64,000 nt of DNA. Source: Syncephalis fuscata S228 (taxonomy: Eukaryota; Fungi; Zoopagomycota). The stretch covers positions 124,001 to 188,000 of the forward strand of contig JAHLTZ010000029.1 in NCBI GenBank assembly GCA_025786725.1. The letters run 5' to 3'. The notes below the pieces were generated by a model. That model had not been told where the DNA came from. It worked only from the letters and a program-made list of their open reading frames with translations, and made no database searches. Numbering within the stretch: the first letter of the stretch is position 1; every line of letters begins with the position of its first letter. Made by a program: the position numbers and the translations under genes. Shown here one piece after another: positions 41,187 through 55,069 of this stretch.

Positions 41187-42397
41187 AATGGCAAACAATC
41201 GATGCGTGACAGTATTAATAAATGGTTAATTATGTGTCGTAGCAATCATCAATGGGCCCGTGCTGTACCGGAGATAAATTCGCTAGCTAGTAAGTGCTCA
41301 CCGGCAAATATTCATAAAAAACTAAAATAATAGTCGCGTATAGTTGACAGGGAAGGCGGGAAAGGCGGAAAGAAAGAAAGAAAGAAAGAGGCGTGACAGT
41401 GAAACGAAGGGCGCAACAAACACTGTGCTAGCATGCATGGTGTGGTCGAGACAACTTTGCACCGAAATACACCAATTGGCCAGTGATGGCGGCAACATTA
41501 AAGAAAACCGGTCCATATCCCCCACATACACACAGACAATACACGCTGCTTATCACAAGGGCCTATAATTACTTAACTATTTTAAGCATAGCATGTGTTA
41601 GGAAAGTCGGCTATAGAACCCGAGACTTGTAAAAAGCCCAGAGCTTATAGCAAGTCGGGTGGCTATATTAATATGAATTGTTACTGCTCATGATATACAG
41701 GAATGGCAGGAATGGCTGAATGACCAGTTTAGTCGTGGCACATGCTATTAATTGACAAATTTGATTATAGTTATCATAATGATGTAATAAAACAATATAT
41801 TACTTTTTAGTAAATCCCTATCAGTATCCATTAGTAATGTTTTGGCCGATAAGGAATCAGGATGGAAGATGAAAAAACAGCATGGTTGATTGCAGTGGAC
41901 ACTTTGTATCACACAGTTTATTGGTTGAACGGGAACGGTGCAGGGCAGGCGGTTTAGTGAAAACTGCAGCAAAACGTACATTAGGCCTTATTTATTTTCA
42001 TTATTAGCAAAATAGAACTTCCAATGGTATACTGCTTGTTATTAATGCCATTGTTTCAACTAGAAATACGATGAAAACGTGCATTGACTAATTATCGTAT
42101 CTAAAAATGGCATTGTTATGAATAAATATTGTATATCAAATGAAACTCAGGCTTTTGCATTATAATATGCAGGATCAGACTATGCTGCTTTTACAGGGTA
42201 CGTTACGCATGATACCGGTTGGCGTGCAAACCACAAGGATGGTATTCGACTAATACTTATTAGAAATACTCAAACGATCGTATCCTATTTTTTATTTTTT
42301 TCTAACGTTTTATATCCATCTACCTACCTACCTGTTCATCTATTTACATTAGCTATTGTATTCCATTATTTTGTCAAAATAACGTAATAATTATCCG

Positions 42398-43384
42398 ATG
42401 CCAGTCATTGATCATACAGTGAATGCATCGATCGACTGGATGCACAGTGCAAAGAAGATTTGGGGGATCCCACTGAATCCGCTTGGCGAGCTCACAATTA
42501 GTGATTTTTACAAGCAAGGTTCAAACGCTCCATATGAACAATACACTAAAGTGCTTGGGTGTCAAATACAACTTTTTCTTGTTGTTTTGGTACTTTGCAC
42601 TTCTATTCACAACATTATGATTGCTGGCAAAATGACAATATCGCGACCACGTATGCTTCTCTCCTGGTGCTGTATTATTCCGCCTATTCTAGGCATATTA
42701 ACAAGCCTAGTTTTTATAGCATCACAACTGGGTGCACCGATTAATTGTCGTATTCTGATGTGGAGTACGGCCATTGTCGTATCTTGCTCAAATTTTTGCA
42801 ATGGACTGATATTGCTTCAAAAAGCTTACTTAATACTTTGCCGTCAAAAATGGATATTGTATGTGGGCGTCCCACTAATTATACCACAGCTAGCATTTGC
42901 GCTTATTGTAATATTCCATTGTCACTTTACAATCGAGCCATTCCGCGGCTGTGTTCTATACTATCCTTGGTTTCTTATATGGTATTGGCTAGGCATGGCG
43001 GTACCCATCAATATACTTTTCTCAAGTATTTTTTGCCATACTGCAGTGCGACAGTATCGTAAGTTTGGATCCGACGCATGGAAAAGATTGGCGCACGATG
43101 GCATTCAAACGATGTGCCTAGCCGTCTTGTGTAATACTGTTTGTTGTATAGTTATTGTGTTTCAAATAGGAGGCACCAACGCTGACTTTTTCTTCCCCAC
43201 AGATTGGTAAGTAGCAACAGATTAAATAGCATTTATTTATTAATTAAAATTTAGGATAATTGTTACAACGTTATTAATTCGTCATTGCCAAAGTATGCAA
43301 GAAGCATCTCAACTTTCAAAGCGTCCTAAAACATGCTACATACTTCATTTGTCTCAAATTGCTACTGCAAACACAATTCATTAG
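42398..43384 (+). CDS. Lineage-type multi-pass (7TM-like) membrane protein, family B copy 1 (one 3' intron)
   Basis: Successive hydrophobic helices; motifs WCCIIP, ILLQKAYL, QYRKFGSDAWKRLAHDGIQTMCL; intron 43207-43254. Confidence 0.8.
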
Positions 43385-44083
43385 AGGCATTTCAATTTTA
43401 ATTTAAATCTGTAAAACAAACGTTACATTTTTCACATTACCCAATTAAGCGGAACTTCATTATTTTGTTTACTATTGGTATTAAAGAAAAATATAAATTA
43501 ATATTTAAATATTTATGTTTCTTCATTGTATTTTACATTTTTATTAATATGGAATAAATTGCTTTGATGTGATTGAGCATAAATATTGATATACAATAAA
43601 GCATACAATAGTTTAGAAATATAATTAAGCTGTCATTTGATCAACATATAAGAATCAACTGTAAATAATGATTAATAACTGTAATATTTGATACTATTTT
43701 GAATACGTATGACGAATTGATACAGCAGTGAATTATTTATTACTGTATATTAACGGTATTAAAAAATGTTATCAATTAGAATAATGGGGTAAATTGTGTA
43801 TATGGTTGATATATTTCTAACATGTTCGAAAATGCCGAATGCTGCAATGTGTGCGTGATTGCTATGCAGCACTAGCCGGATGTACACCAAATGCTTATCC
43901 AATTTACCATGCTTAAATGAGGCCTTGTACCAATTTGTTGACTAATTACTTACAGACACATGCCACTGTAATGGCACTTGTGATGGGCACTTGTGATGGG
44001 GCACTTTAGCAATTGTCAAAGTTGGTTTATTAAATAATTTGGTTATTAGCAAAAAATCTATAGCATTATAAACATATCAATTA

Positions 44084-45100
44084 TTATACGATATAGACGG
44101 CTGGTTGATCAGTTGGTTGTATTAGCGTTTGTTTTTTATATGTTGGTGATGGTACTTGTGAAATATGAAGCATTTTCTCCGTTTTTGGATGATTAACATC
44201 ATCTAATACGCTGCGTGTCTTGCGGCAGCTTTCAACTAAAACAGTTGAACAAATTGAACTAAAATAGCTTTACGTCAATATGGAACAAGATATTCTAGTT
44301 AATTAAACTTACCAGTCAATAAAATAGAAAAGTGTTCCAAGATTTGGGACGATATCAACATACATCATAGCGCTACAGATTGTGTTACAAATTATAACAA
44401 GACACATGAATTGAATGCCATCGCTAGCTAAACGCTTCCAGGTCTTAGAACCAAATGTGCAATATTGTTTATAAGCCATGTAGCTGAATACCGATGAGAG
44501 AAATAGATTGACAATTAGAGAGGTAAAGAGCCAAATAGAAGTCCATATTTTTGGACAATAAATGTATCCGCGACGATAAAAATCAATATTAACAATAACA
44601 GCAACATTAAACAACATAACGGGAGTTGTTATATGCAGTATAATTAATATTATGCCTATTACAAGTATCCAGCGCTTTTTATGGGACATTATGTATGCTT
44701 TTTGCAGTAAAATGGCACTGTAACATAAAATGGAAATGGGGATGGCCCACCCAGTATAAAGCATTAGCCTATCAACATAAAAAAATCTTTCCAATTGAAA
44801 CATGATTGCGAGTATTGATAGACTAATACATAGAACTGAAGGTATTAAGCAACACCATCTTGCAAATGCTCGCGGTTGCGCTATAACTAGTCGAAGAGAA
44901 ATATTGATATTGCGCACTTGAACATAACTCATAACAACATGAACCATAAGATGTATCCAAATATGTGGAAATAACGTTTGTATTGCCTTTGGGTGGTTCA
45001 AGGAGCTTATTTTTGAAATCTCGTAAAAATCCATCGGGTATGGATCAGTATCATTATCATGGTGCAGTTTAGGTTGCCTTATGCTAAGACTATCAAACAT
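44084..45100 (-). CDS. 7TM-like membrane protein, family B copy 2 (convergent with copy 1)
   Basis: WCCLIP, ILLQKAYI, QYCTFGSKTWKRLASDGIQFMCL; same intron position as the 42398 gene; shared tail PKT..LH.SQ. Confidence 0.8.
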
Positions 45101-48100
45101 ACTGTCAGCTAATGTAGTGAAAATAAATGAATATGGAATAATAAATAAAGCGCTGTTTGTGGAATGTGAAAGAATTGGGATTTTATACGCTACAAGCCCA
45201 GATGCATATCAAGGATCCGAAACTGGTTTTTATGTATAAATGCCAAAATCAGGCTGTATTCCTCTTTTAGCCAATAACCTATTACATACAACTAAACGGC
45301 AAAGCTTTTGTTGGACTAATATGAATATAGAGTTGGCTGCTGTATACAGCGAGCAGCTTTCCCAGCAAGCATTTACAAGTATTGTCAAAGATACACCAAT
45401 AGTTGATGAACTTGTATTAAACATTATGACTATATTAACTGTGACGCTTCAATAAATGGCTAATCAGTTATATTAATTCTCGATATATTAATAGTTATAG
45501 TTACAAAAATCAATAATTTGGTATTAGTTATTGGTGTTATTTTCAAATAACTGACAGTAGAAACTTTCGCAATCATTTGCATGATATTCACGCACGAGAC
45601 TTTACCTAATTAGCCATAGTACTTGTAACAATGAATCAAATGCACTTTATCTATGGTACTAATATATTGCTGTATTAATCATTGTTAATTACCCATTAAA
45701 AAACACAAAGTGCTATATTGCAACACCAATGTAATATCTAATTTGTAAATCTTTACTGTTTAAGCACGGATGACTTGGGGGACACAGTGTATGGCGGCAG
45801 CAATACAACGTTTATCATAGATTTAACCGCTTCCCTTATTTGAAACTTGGGGACCTTAGGATGACTGATCGAGTAATAGTAAGAATAATTATCAATAAGT
45901 TGCACGTTGATACTTTTGACGAGTCCAGGTCGTCGTGCTGGCGCAACTTCGCCAAGATCGGCCGAGTATGTCGAAGTGAAATCTGAAAAAAATAGCTCTT
46001 TTCCACTATTGATGCAAATGTCTGGAAAACAGTGTTACTATTCCACTAAGAGTAGAATAATAAACAGATTACTAATATCATGCTTGGTCTTGAGTAACCT
46101 ATAATGTTAGTAATTAGTGTTATCTAAGACTTACTTAATTGTTTTTATAAATAAAGATTATTAACCTTTAATTAATAATTTCCACAGAAGTAGAATAAAT
46201 GACTAAAGTAGTGTTAGTTCAGATAAAAAGATCAGTTCAGTCTAGCAATCACTGCAAGACCGAAATGATCAAAAAGGTTCAAGATTCAAATAAAATAAAA
46301 AGAATTTAAAACCAAGATAAGCTAATGTTTATTAAGATTAAAAATATGGTTGCCATTTTATAGCAAATGGTCTTGAACATTACGAAGGAAAAACTTGAAC
46401 GACTTGTCTGTTCAATTTCTTCAGGCAATATGGGGCTAGTTTTACTTTAATAAGTAATATAGAGCCGTGAATTGCAAGTATTTATAGGCGCTGTGTTTCT
46501 TGCCAAGAGTTAGAAACGATTGTAGTGTTGGGATCGTCGTGTCTTAACCGAAAGAATGGCCATCTTTTACTAGGACCCTGACTATTACCGGAAATGGGAA
46601 TAGTCACGTGATGAAGTTATTGCTAATTAAGTTTTCTACCAAATATGGTAAATAACGCAACTTACACCACAATTATACTGGTGAAATAGTAACACTATTA
46701 TTTTTAGTGCATTGCTATGTTTGATTGCATGTTCATGTATTGCTCATTAATCAAAAACAGAAAGCAAGTTATCGTCGCCATAAAAAGCAGCCTCATAATC
46801 AAAATAGCCAATTTTGGATGTGGCAAATCATAGGCAAAACATAAAACTCCTATGCGGAAGTTTATCAATTGTGTTCCAAGAAACTGTGCTATAATAAATT
46901 GAGCACGTGTGTCAATTTTACTGTTGCTTACCACTGTTGGCCAGCTCCAACAGTGAATTCTTGATCAGACACCAAGATGAACTCTAAGCAGTTATTGTTT
47001 AGATGGATATACACCCCATACTACTTTAACATACCTGAGGTGCCATTCCAAACATCTCAATCCAGCCAGTAGTGCTATTACATTTCTCTTTAGAAATAGC
47101 CATAATAATTCAATTATAGAAGCAAGTATTAAAAGTGGAATGTTATTATTGAATGTAAAGAATAGTAATTATTTAATGTGTGTTAATTGAAAGGTATTTA
47201 TAGCAAAATGGACACATTTGTTATTGCTATAGCTTAAGGTAGGCATAGTAGCACAATGATAAGAAACAATGACATATTTGATTGTGATCGCATTAAGCCA
47301 TTCAAATTTGAATATTACGCAATAAAACAAAGACATGCAGCGCAGAGATATAAAGGAATGTAGTACAATGTGCTGACAGACAATAAATACAGCGAATAAT
47401 AATGTTTAAATTGGAATACACATGTTATTTATACTGTGACAGTTTTATTTTATAATTGATAACAATAAAAAATAGCACAAAAAAGCAATACGCTTTTATT
47501 TTCTAATGACAGCATAATACTCTGAGCATTGACATTGAAGATTTTTAATGTCATGCATGGACATTAGTAAATGAATACAATGGCTTAATCGCATTTTTTA
47601 AATAATTGCAACAACATACTGCCTGGATGTAAACACATTTACGATATCGAATTCTAATCAGTATTAAAATAAATTGACATTAATAATACTTTGTTTTATA
47701 AATAATTCAACGTTAGCTTTATTGTAGCATACTCAACCTATTAATATTACAGCTCTGTTCATAAATTACATAGCAAACTACTGTGCATATCGGTATTTTA
47801 TATAGTCACTTGGCTAAGCATGCATGTGCTACATCATACTGGTTTTCATGTTGGCCTTTGCAGTCGATATGATTACGTGTTTATTCCTGTTTTTACTTCA
47901 TAACTTTAACGGACTTTGTAATGTAATATAAACAACGTGTATTTTATTTCTATTTAGTAGCATTGAAGCTCAATCGGTGAATTATGTTATAGACCATATT
48001 TCTAAAGAAAAGTAGTCATTTTTATTTAACTAATACAGTAATAAATTGTGTGAATCGACTGATTTAATTGTGTGCCAAATGGCAAGAATACTTGGGGGAA

Positions 48101-50652
48101 AGCAAAAATACCTGCTAGACCCTGACAATATTGATAGCATCGGAAAAAGCCGCTATTATAATGGTACACTGATTAAGAATGGTTGCATTTGGCTATGTTT
48201 CAGTTGTATTGGCCAATTGATTCAACTAGCCAGTGTAGATATGCTGATTATGCGCGGAAATGACAGTAAATGGAAGGCAAAAATGAGTAAATATGGAAAT
48301 AAGGAAGGGATTATAATCCAATTTACTGATAAGATGGTATCTGACATTAGAAGGTGTCAGTCAGTTGCAATACGCCAATGAGCACTACCACGTACTATTT
48401 ACCAATATTATCCATTCTAATTAATGGATATGTTTTGGGGCAATTTTATAAGAACGTGCATGGAATGCTTTTGCTCATTACCTCGCCTCTTCTGTTTCTA
48501 GTTGTTAATGGTTAGCATCAAATCTAGTAGTTACATCCAGTGGTGTGTGGTTCCTTTGTTGGTTGACCATGGAATACTGTGTTCTTACTTGTGAGCTGTG
48601 TTGAATGTGTAATATAATATTGCAGACTATTGTATTATACTGGCTCAGTAATTATATTACTGCCCGTAATAGGCAGCTGTATACTAGTGTAGTGCGGAAA
48701 CATGTGGGATATCAGGGCGTGCAGTAGCAGTATTTAGCAAGTCAGTATTGCTGTGCGCTCCCTTCATGTGGATGCGGCGACCTGTAATGGGTGGCCATAT
48801 GTTAGTGCTCACTTGTTTGTAACGCGCGCTGGAGGTGTGTGGCAGTATTCAACTTGCTGAACACTACCATTACACACTAGATTTGTGTGATATGCAATTG
48901 CCTATAATATGCGAACGTATATCCATACTGTTTACTTGTGGGTTTTGTTGAATAGTTGCAGTATAACTTCATTAGTATCATATCATTTAAACGCTGTGTT
49001 GCGAGCCACGGTATTTAGAACCGTCTACCCCGGGCCCTGTTTCTGCACGGTATTGTTAGATTATATACCACTATGGTTATGTTGTGGCCATTTGATAACG
49101 CATTAGCATATAATAATATCCATTTTTTAATCGTAACATGCAATGGTGTTTATACACTTAGCTTTACACACTAGCTACAATTGGGTGAACCAGTAGACCA
49201 GTGGTGTTTATTGCTGCATATCATATCGTTTAATAAACCGTATTATTATCTTGATAGGAAGCTAGTATAAAGCTATGTGCTTCTGACATATGATACTTGC
49301 ACCAATGGTGGTATCGTCAGTATTCCAGGTGGACGCATAGTTTCTATATAGCCATCATCATGATTAGCAACTTTTAACATTTTTAATTTATTTATAACAT
49401 TTATATAACAAAACAATAACATCCAAACAACAAACAATTGCATTATATGTGCACCATAAATTACATATGAACAATAATTAATTAGATGTATAGTGCTTTA
49501 TTACTACCAAGCAATACTAACAAATATTTTATATAATTATTCAAACATTAATATTGAGCCAATATCCAGATTGCACTTTTCAGCATTCGCCATTATTTCT
49601 GCATGTAATTTACAATACCAGTTATTGCCTTTATCGGTACAAGTATCAACAGTAATATTCTATACTGTAGTTGATATTGTCATTTGGCATGGTTTTCCAA
49701 ATGGAAAGAATATATATTCATTTAGTTTTCTATCTAGTCAAATGATAATTGATATTGTTATTGCATGTTTTCTAAGCGTGTTAGTCAAATAAGTAAACTG
49801 ACATTGGTAGTAAAGATAAAGAAAATAACATATACATCGAACTGAAAGAATTATAATAAAGTATATGGAATGTCTAGTGAAGTGATACAACATTATAACG
49901 ATGGATTTATTACTATTGCTTATATAATTGCTTGCTGTATTATTTAGTACAAAAAGTATTGATGCTTGAGTAATTAGATTACAATTAAGTGCATCTGATA
50001 CAGCTCAGTACATTATGCAGCTGACTTTATAAATAATTTATTAATTAATGTAATTTAGTGTTAAATGACTATTTTTACTAATATTTGCGTAATTGAACTA
50101 CACATTTAATCTATTGAACATGGGACAAGTGGTAAGCTTTATTTAATCATCAAATACTCGTCATTATAGATTCGTTATCCAGTATACATATATCCACCAT
50201 TTACCTATATCATTACCATTCTATTTCACACCACTAAATAGCATTCTATGACATACTAGACATATTCTATTGTTTATATGCGGTAATATACTTTACTCAT
50301 TCCACTCATTGTGTTATATACACTATAACTTTAACATCGTTTTATGTGCTTTCTCCCCATACATTTGTCATTTTGTATATCATTTTTACTTACCTAACCC
50401 TTCTCTATTCAAAACTAGTTTTATTTTTGTTTTAGTTTTATTATTACCAAACCTTAGCTCATTTCACCTCATTCGTTTAGCAAGTTATATGTAATTGAAA
50501 CTATAACAATATAATGCTATATAATAGTATAGTCGTACATTGTTAACGATATAAGTGAATAGAGGATATATGCATATTAGATAATCAATCTACAGCAATG
50601 AGTATTTTAAACTTTGATGTCACTCGTCACCCATCATTATGTTCAATAAATT

Positions 50653-50771
50653 GAATATTATTAGACTTAGTCGGGGTGGCAGACAAATGCTGCAAATGCG
50701 CGGTTAGGTCCTACGGACCATTGTCTCACTTTAGCTAATAAATCCGAATCCGAATATTATTAGATTTAGTC
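50653..50771 (+). mobile_element. Short non-LTR retroposon 3' end (SINE or 5'-truncated LINE) with a 20-bp target-site duplication
   Basis: GAATATTATTAGA(C/T)TTAGTC direct repeats at 50653-50672 and 50752-50771 flank a GC-richer 79-nt insert with a stem-loop, AATAAA and a TCCGAA tandem tail. Confidence 0.6.
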
Positions 50772-51302
50772 ATTTAATCATTAAATTACATTAACAAAAT
50801 AATTTTCTATGACAATTATTATATTATTAATTCACCATTATCAAAACGTACAAAAAACGTCTTCTATCTTCAAATGTCTCGAAATATACAATACGCTTTA
50901 CCTTGTTCAAATTGCTATACCAAAGCGAGCTATTAGTTGCATTATAGTTCTTATTTATTTATATTGCAGTAATAATAAAGCAAATGTGCATTACAAGCCA
51001 TTGAGTTTGCATAATGTTAAATAATAGTTTTAATAATTACTGTAATGGTACAGTCGTGGCTTTTCGACTACTCAGTCAATATATAACCGATAAATAAATA
51101 ATAAACAGTAAGGGATTTATTGCCAGTACAACAAGACCAGCGAGAATGATGAATGATTAATGTAACCAAAACGTCGTTTAGTTTTAAATAAACGACAGCT
51201 TACTTTGCAATGATGCAACCAGGTGCGAATACACGAGCCTTTAAGTATTAAACCTATTCAAACAAATTATATGCAAATAAAAAGCGTGTAGAGACTCTAA
51301 GA

Positions 51303-52688
51303 TTATCGTCTACTATTAGGCTGGCCAGATAAATAGTAGTTGTGGCTACGATTGGGTGCTGATTCAATGGCTTGACTAATCGACGGAAGTAGCATGCCAT
51401 TGGTTCGTCCCTGATTATTGATATCGCGATTGTCGGCAGACGACAAAAGACAGCTACTTCCGGCCGGTGCAAAAGATGACATTGCCGTATGCTCAACATC
51501 ATCAAACTCCTCAATGTTGGTGTAAGCTGCTTTCTTCGGTAATGAAGCAGGAAGAGGGTTTGTAGGCATTTCTGATTCGGGTCGTGATCGGTTAGATCTT
51601 GATCGTGCCGATGGCATAACACGACTGATCCACGCAACGTAAAAGTAAACGGCGCAATTAAAACACCGTTTGACGTAAGAAGTAGTGCGTGCAATAAATG
51701 AAGCACAAATAGTGGCTTGTCTGGATGGAAATAGTTGTAAAAGCGGTTGATTGATGGCACAGCCCAGGTAGCAAGGAAGGCCAACAAGTAAAGCGATACA
51801 TTCTTAAGATAAGTATACTTGTACTTATTTGTTTCTCGTGAGGCTAACTGGCGTCCAGAAAGCTTTGAATGGTTCCAGATGAGTCGGCCGACCGAGCTAT
51901 ATATAAGCAAGTTGAAAAGGAAAACAATCCAAAGTGGAATATACAAAAGGAAAAGCTGAAAAGCTGCGTATGGCTTAGAGATCCAGCACCAGGGACCGCT
52001 ATCACCATAGAATCGGTCGCCATTATTATTCTCGATTAAAAGGCCGGAGAAGCCAATAACTATTGGAATAATAATGCAAATAGGCGCATAGATACGATAG
52101 TGTAGTTGGTCGACTTGGGATATTGAACGGCCCTTGTACATGACAAGCATGAGGTCCATAGCAATACAGCCAGGCCATAAGATGGCAGACAAATCGCCAA
52201 CCTCAATGAGCAAGCCTTGAATTTGGCACAGAGCAGTATGCTGACCAGCACGCGGTCCATAGCTGCAAGAGATGACGATAGAATCACAGAAGGAAGGAGG
52301 AAATAAAACAAAGTTCCACACATTAGTACGTAATAATCAATATGCTGCTGTGTGGTTGGCATAGCACTGCTTTACTTACCGGCTAATGCTGTAACCAATC
52401 ATGGAGAGAATATCAGCTGCAGCCATAAGGCATACGGGGCCAGACACTGCAGTGCGAAAACGTCTCCAAATGAAAAATGTCTACGTGTAACAAAACATGT
52501 ATGGGTAATCATGAATGTGGCATGTCATTACATGTAAGTTGAGGTTAGAAAATGATATCACGAGATGCTGTATTACCAGCACTGCCATTACTTACCACGA
52601 TGGTTATGATGGCACAAATAAGACTGAGTGATGCGTTGACCTGGGTAACAATCATGATAATTTTCCAATCATCTTCGGTAAGAGCCAT
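51303..52688 (-). CDS. cAMP-receptor-like GPCR, copy 3 (two 5' introns; apparent frameshift near 51645)
   Basis: MALTEDDWKII..., LCQIQG, WPGCIAMDL, GPWCWI, YIPLW, YLKNVSLYLLAF, PSINRFY; the tail continues in ORF 51303-51617. Confidence 0.87.
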
Positions 52689-55069
52689 GTCGAATAATAA
52701 AAAGGTGGCGGTTTTGTTAAAAGTGGGACACGTTAAGTCGGTGAATCACTGACGCGACTGAGTAAAAGCAATTGCTTGTTTACGCAAAGAATCAGGCCTT
52801 TAGTATACGTGACAAGGAGGTGGTTGACGATATCAATGGTGGTTGAAGAGGAGTGGTTATTGGGGGTAGTAAGGTTGGACTGCTAATAGAGTAGATAGTA
52901 AGTAGCCGCAAAAACTATTAAAATTGCCGTCTGTAATTAATATAAAAACGCAGTTAATACAAGCCAGTGATGAGATGCGTTTGTCAAATATGATGTGTAT
53001 GATTAAGCGATAAAAGAAATAATATTAAGGTACTGCAACAGCAGTAATAGCAGCTTGATAGCAAAAAATAACTGCTATTATTCCTAAACTACTATTAATA
53101 ATACTATTACTACAGTGGGGAAGAGTGAGAAGAAGAGAAACAAAAAGTGTAATGGGTGGCCGGTATTATGACGGCTGCATGGGCGGGGCAAATGATAAAC
53201 AAAATGTTAAATAGATAAAAAAGCACCACTCTTTAAGATGAATGACAATTATGGTGAAGCATGCATTTAAACACCATCACCTACTTACCTCTTTAAGCAA
53301 ACTTCAAGGGAAGAAGCAGAATACTTCAAAGCCTTGAACACACACTGGTTAAACTGATACAATCGTCAGCTTAGTACTGTTTCTCTGTAGTTTGACCTGC
53401 ACTCTTTGTAGGCAGTATGCAAATAAACCGGATTCAGATGTCCGCGTGCAGCTAATACTGAATGCTTTAACCAATAAACAATGATCGCTTGGTGTATCAC
53501 GCGAAGACTTCAAGGAGAAATATCGGTGAAACGATTGACGCTAAGGCACAGCGATAATGATAATAACAATCGTAATGATAATATGAAAAAGATGCTAATA
53601 TTCGTTGATCAGTAGCTATGCTTAAGGGTCAACCTTTAATAGCAAATTAGACAAGCAATAGTATAGATCAGGTTATTCCCAATCAATGGGTCACTTCTTT
53701 TTATGAAATATAGAGGGCTAATCAATACGAGTGCAATCAAATGTATTTGCTTATTAGTCGCCCAAATAAGCAATCAATCAATGGCGTGTGTGTGTGTGTG
53801 TGTAAATGGGCGGCGTGTATAAGAAAAGCAGTTAAAAATGGTAAGTAAAAGTTAAGGAATACTTGAACATTCTCAGACCAAGGATGGTGTAGAGCTGAAA
53901 GATATATAGCAGCGTGGAGCTGCTAAGTTTAATGGCGCATAATGAGGGGTAAACAAATGGCCACACGTTCCAACCAATTCTAAAAGATGACTGGTTTAAG
54001 GAGTGCATCTAAGGCGGTTACCGCACACTGTTTGGACTCGATACACCACCTCAGTACGCAATGAAAATAGACGGTACTGGTTTAGATATCAAACATTGTG
54101 TAAAACAGTCTACTGGTGATGTTGCGGTGCTATAACTTCATGGCACTTCGCCTCTTCCCTCGGTATTTGTTGACTCGTTTGTTAGTTTGGTCAGTGTACA
54201 AGTGTTTTTTAAACTCGAAAAGGAAAGCTCAAGCATGTGTTGTCGTGTGACGTTTGGGCAAAGCCAAGAGCAATTAGCTGAGCTTCAAATAGGCCAAGTG
54301 CGTGTTATATGTACATGCTGTCACGAGAAAGTTACCAGTAAATCAAAAAAGGTTGATAGGCGGAAAGCATGTGAAATGCAGAGGCGGAGTATGGCGTGCT
54401 ATTATAGCGAAAAGAAAACTAATGAGGAAATGTGACCACTAATACACTTTTGTTTATTTAATAATAATAATAATGATAACAATAGTTACGTATTTATTTT
54501 TATATATCCTTGTAATAGATTTATTGCAGAATGTGATGATTGTTTTACAATACAATACAATGATAAGTGTGTGTATCAGCAATTGATCGTTATAGTACTA
54601 AACAGTACGATGGCATCGATTTGCAAACATATGAATGAACAAGGAACTTGATTTTAGCGACCGTGCAACAATGTGTCCAGCATCGGATTCGGCTGAAACA
54701 AAACACACTGACATGCGTTTGTACTTGTACTGTGTACAATATTTAAACAAATCTATTCGTAAATTATGCATGTTCATTAAATAAAGGTCTTACGACCTTA
54801 TAGGTTGTTTTATTATAGTAACTCAGGTGGCGGGTTTAAAAAAAATATAATTAACTTTGATGCAAGAATGGCATGCTCATAAGTAGAGGAACATACAGAT
54901 GTGAAGAATAAACACATGCACGAATAAATCGACACTATACAATGAAACTAGTGGTCGCAAATGAATAAAGACGAATAAAGAGAACGATAACAATAGTAGA
55001 AATGACTATTCTTGGTGCATATTGCATTATGCTGGCTTTCCCTCTAAGGTATATACGCACAACATATGA

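Noticed and set aside
41618-41660. Imperfect inverted repeat ACCCGAGACTTG...CAAGTCGGGT
   Set aside because: Short and isolated, with no TSD or second copy seen.
45750-47103. Minus-strand exon-like fragments (ATG at 47103, intron 47034-46984; open frame near 45750-46020)
   Set aside because: I could not assemble a coherent gene or recognise a family; possibly relics, but unsupported.
48380-48870. Possible decayed 7TM gene
   Set aside because: Hydrophobic-looking codons, but many stops and none of the diagnostic family motifs.
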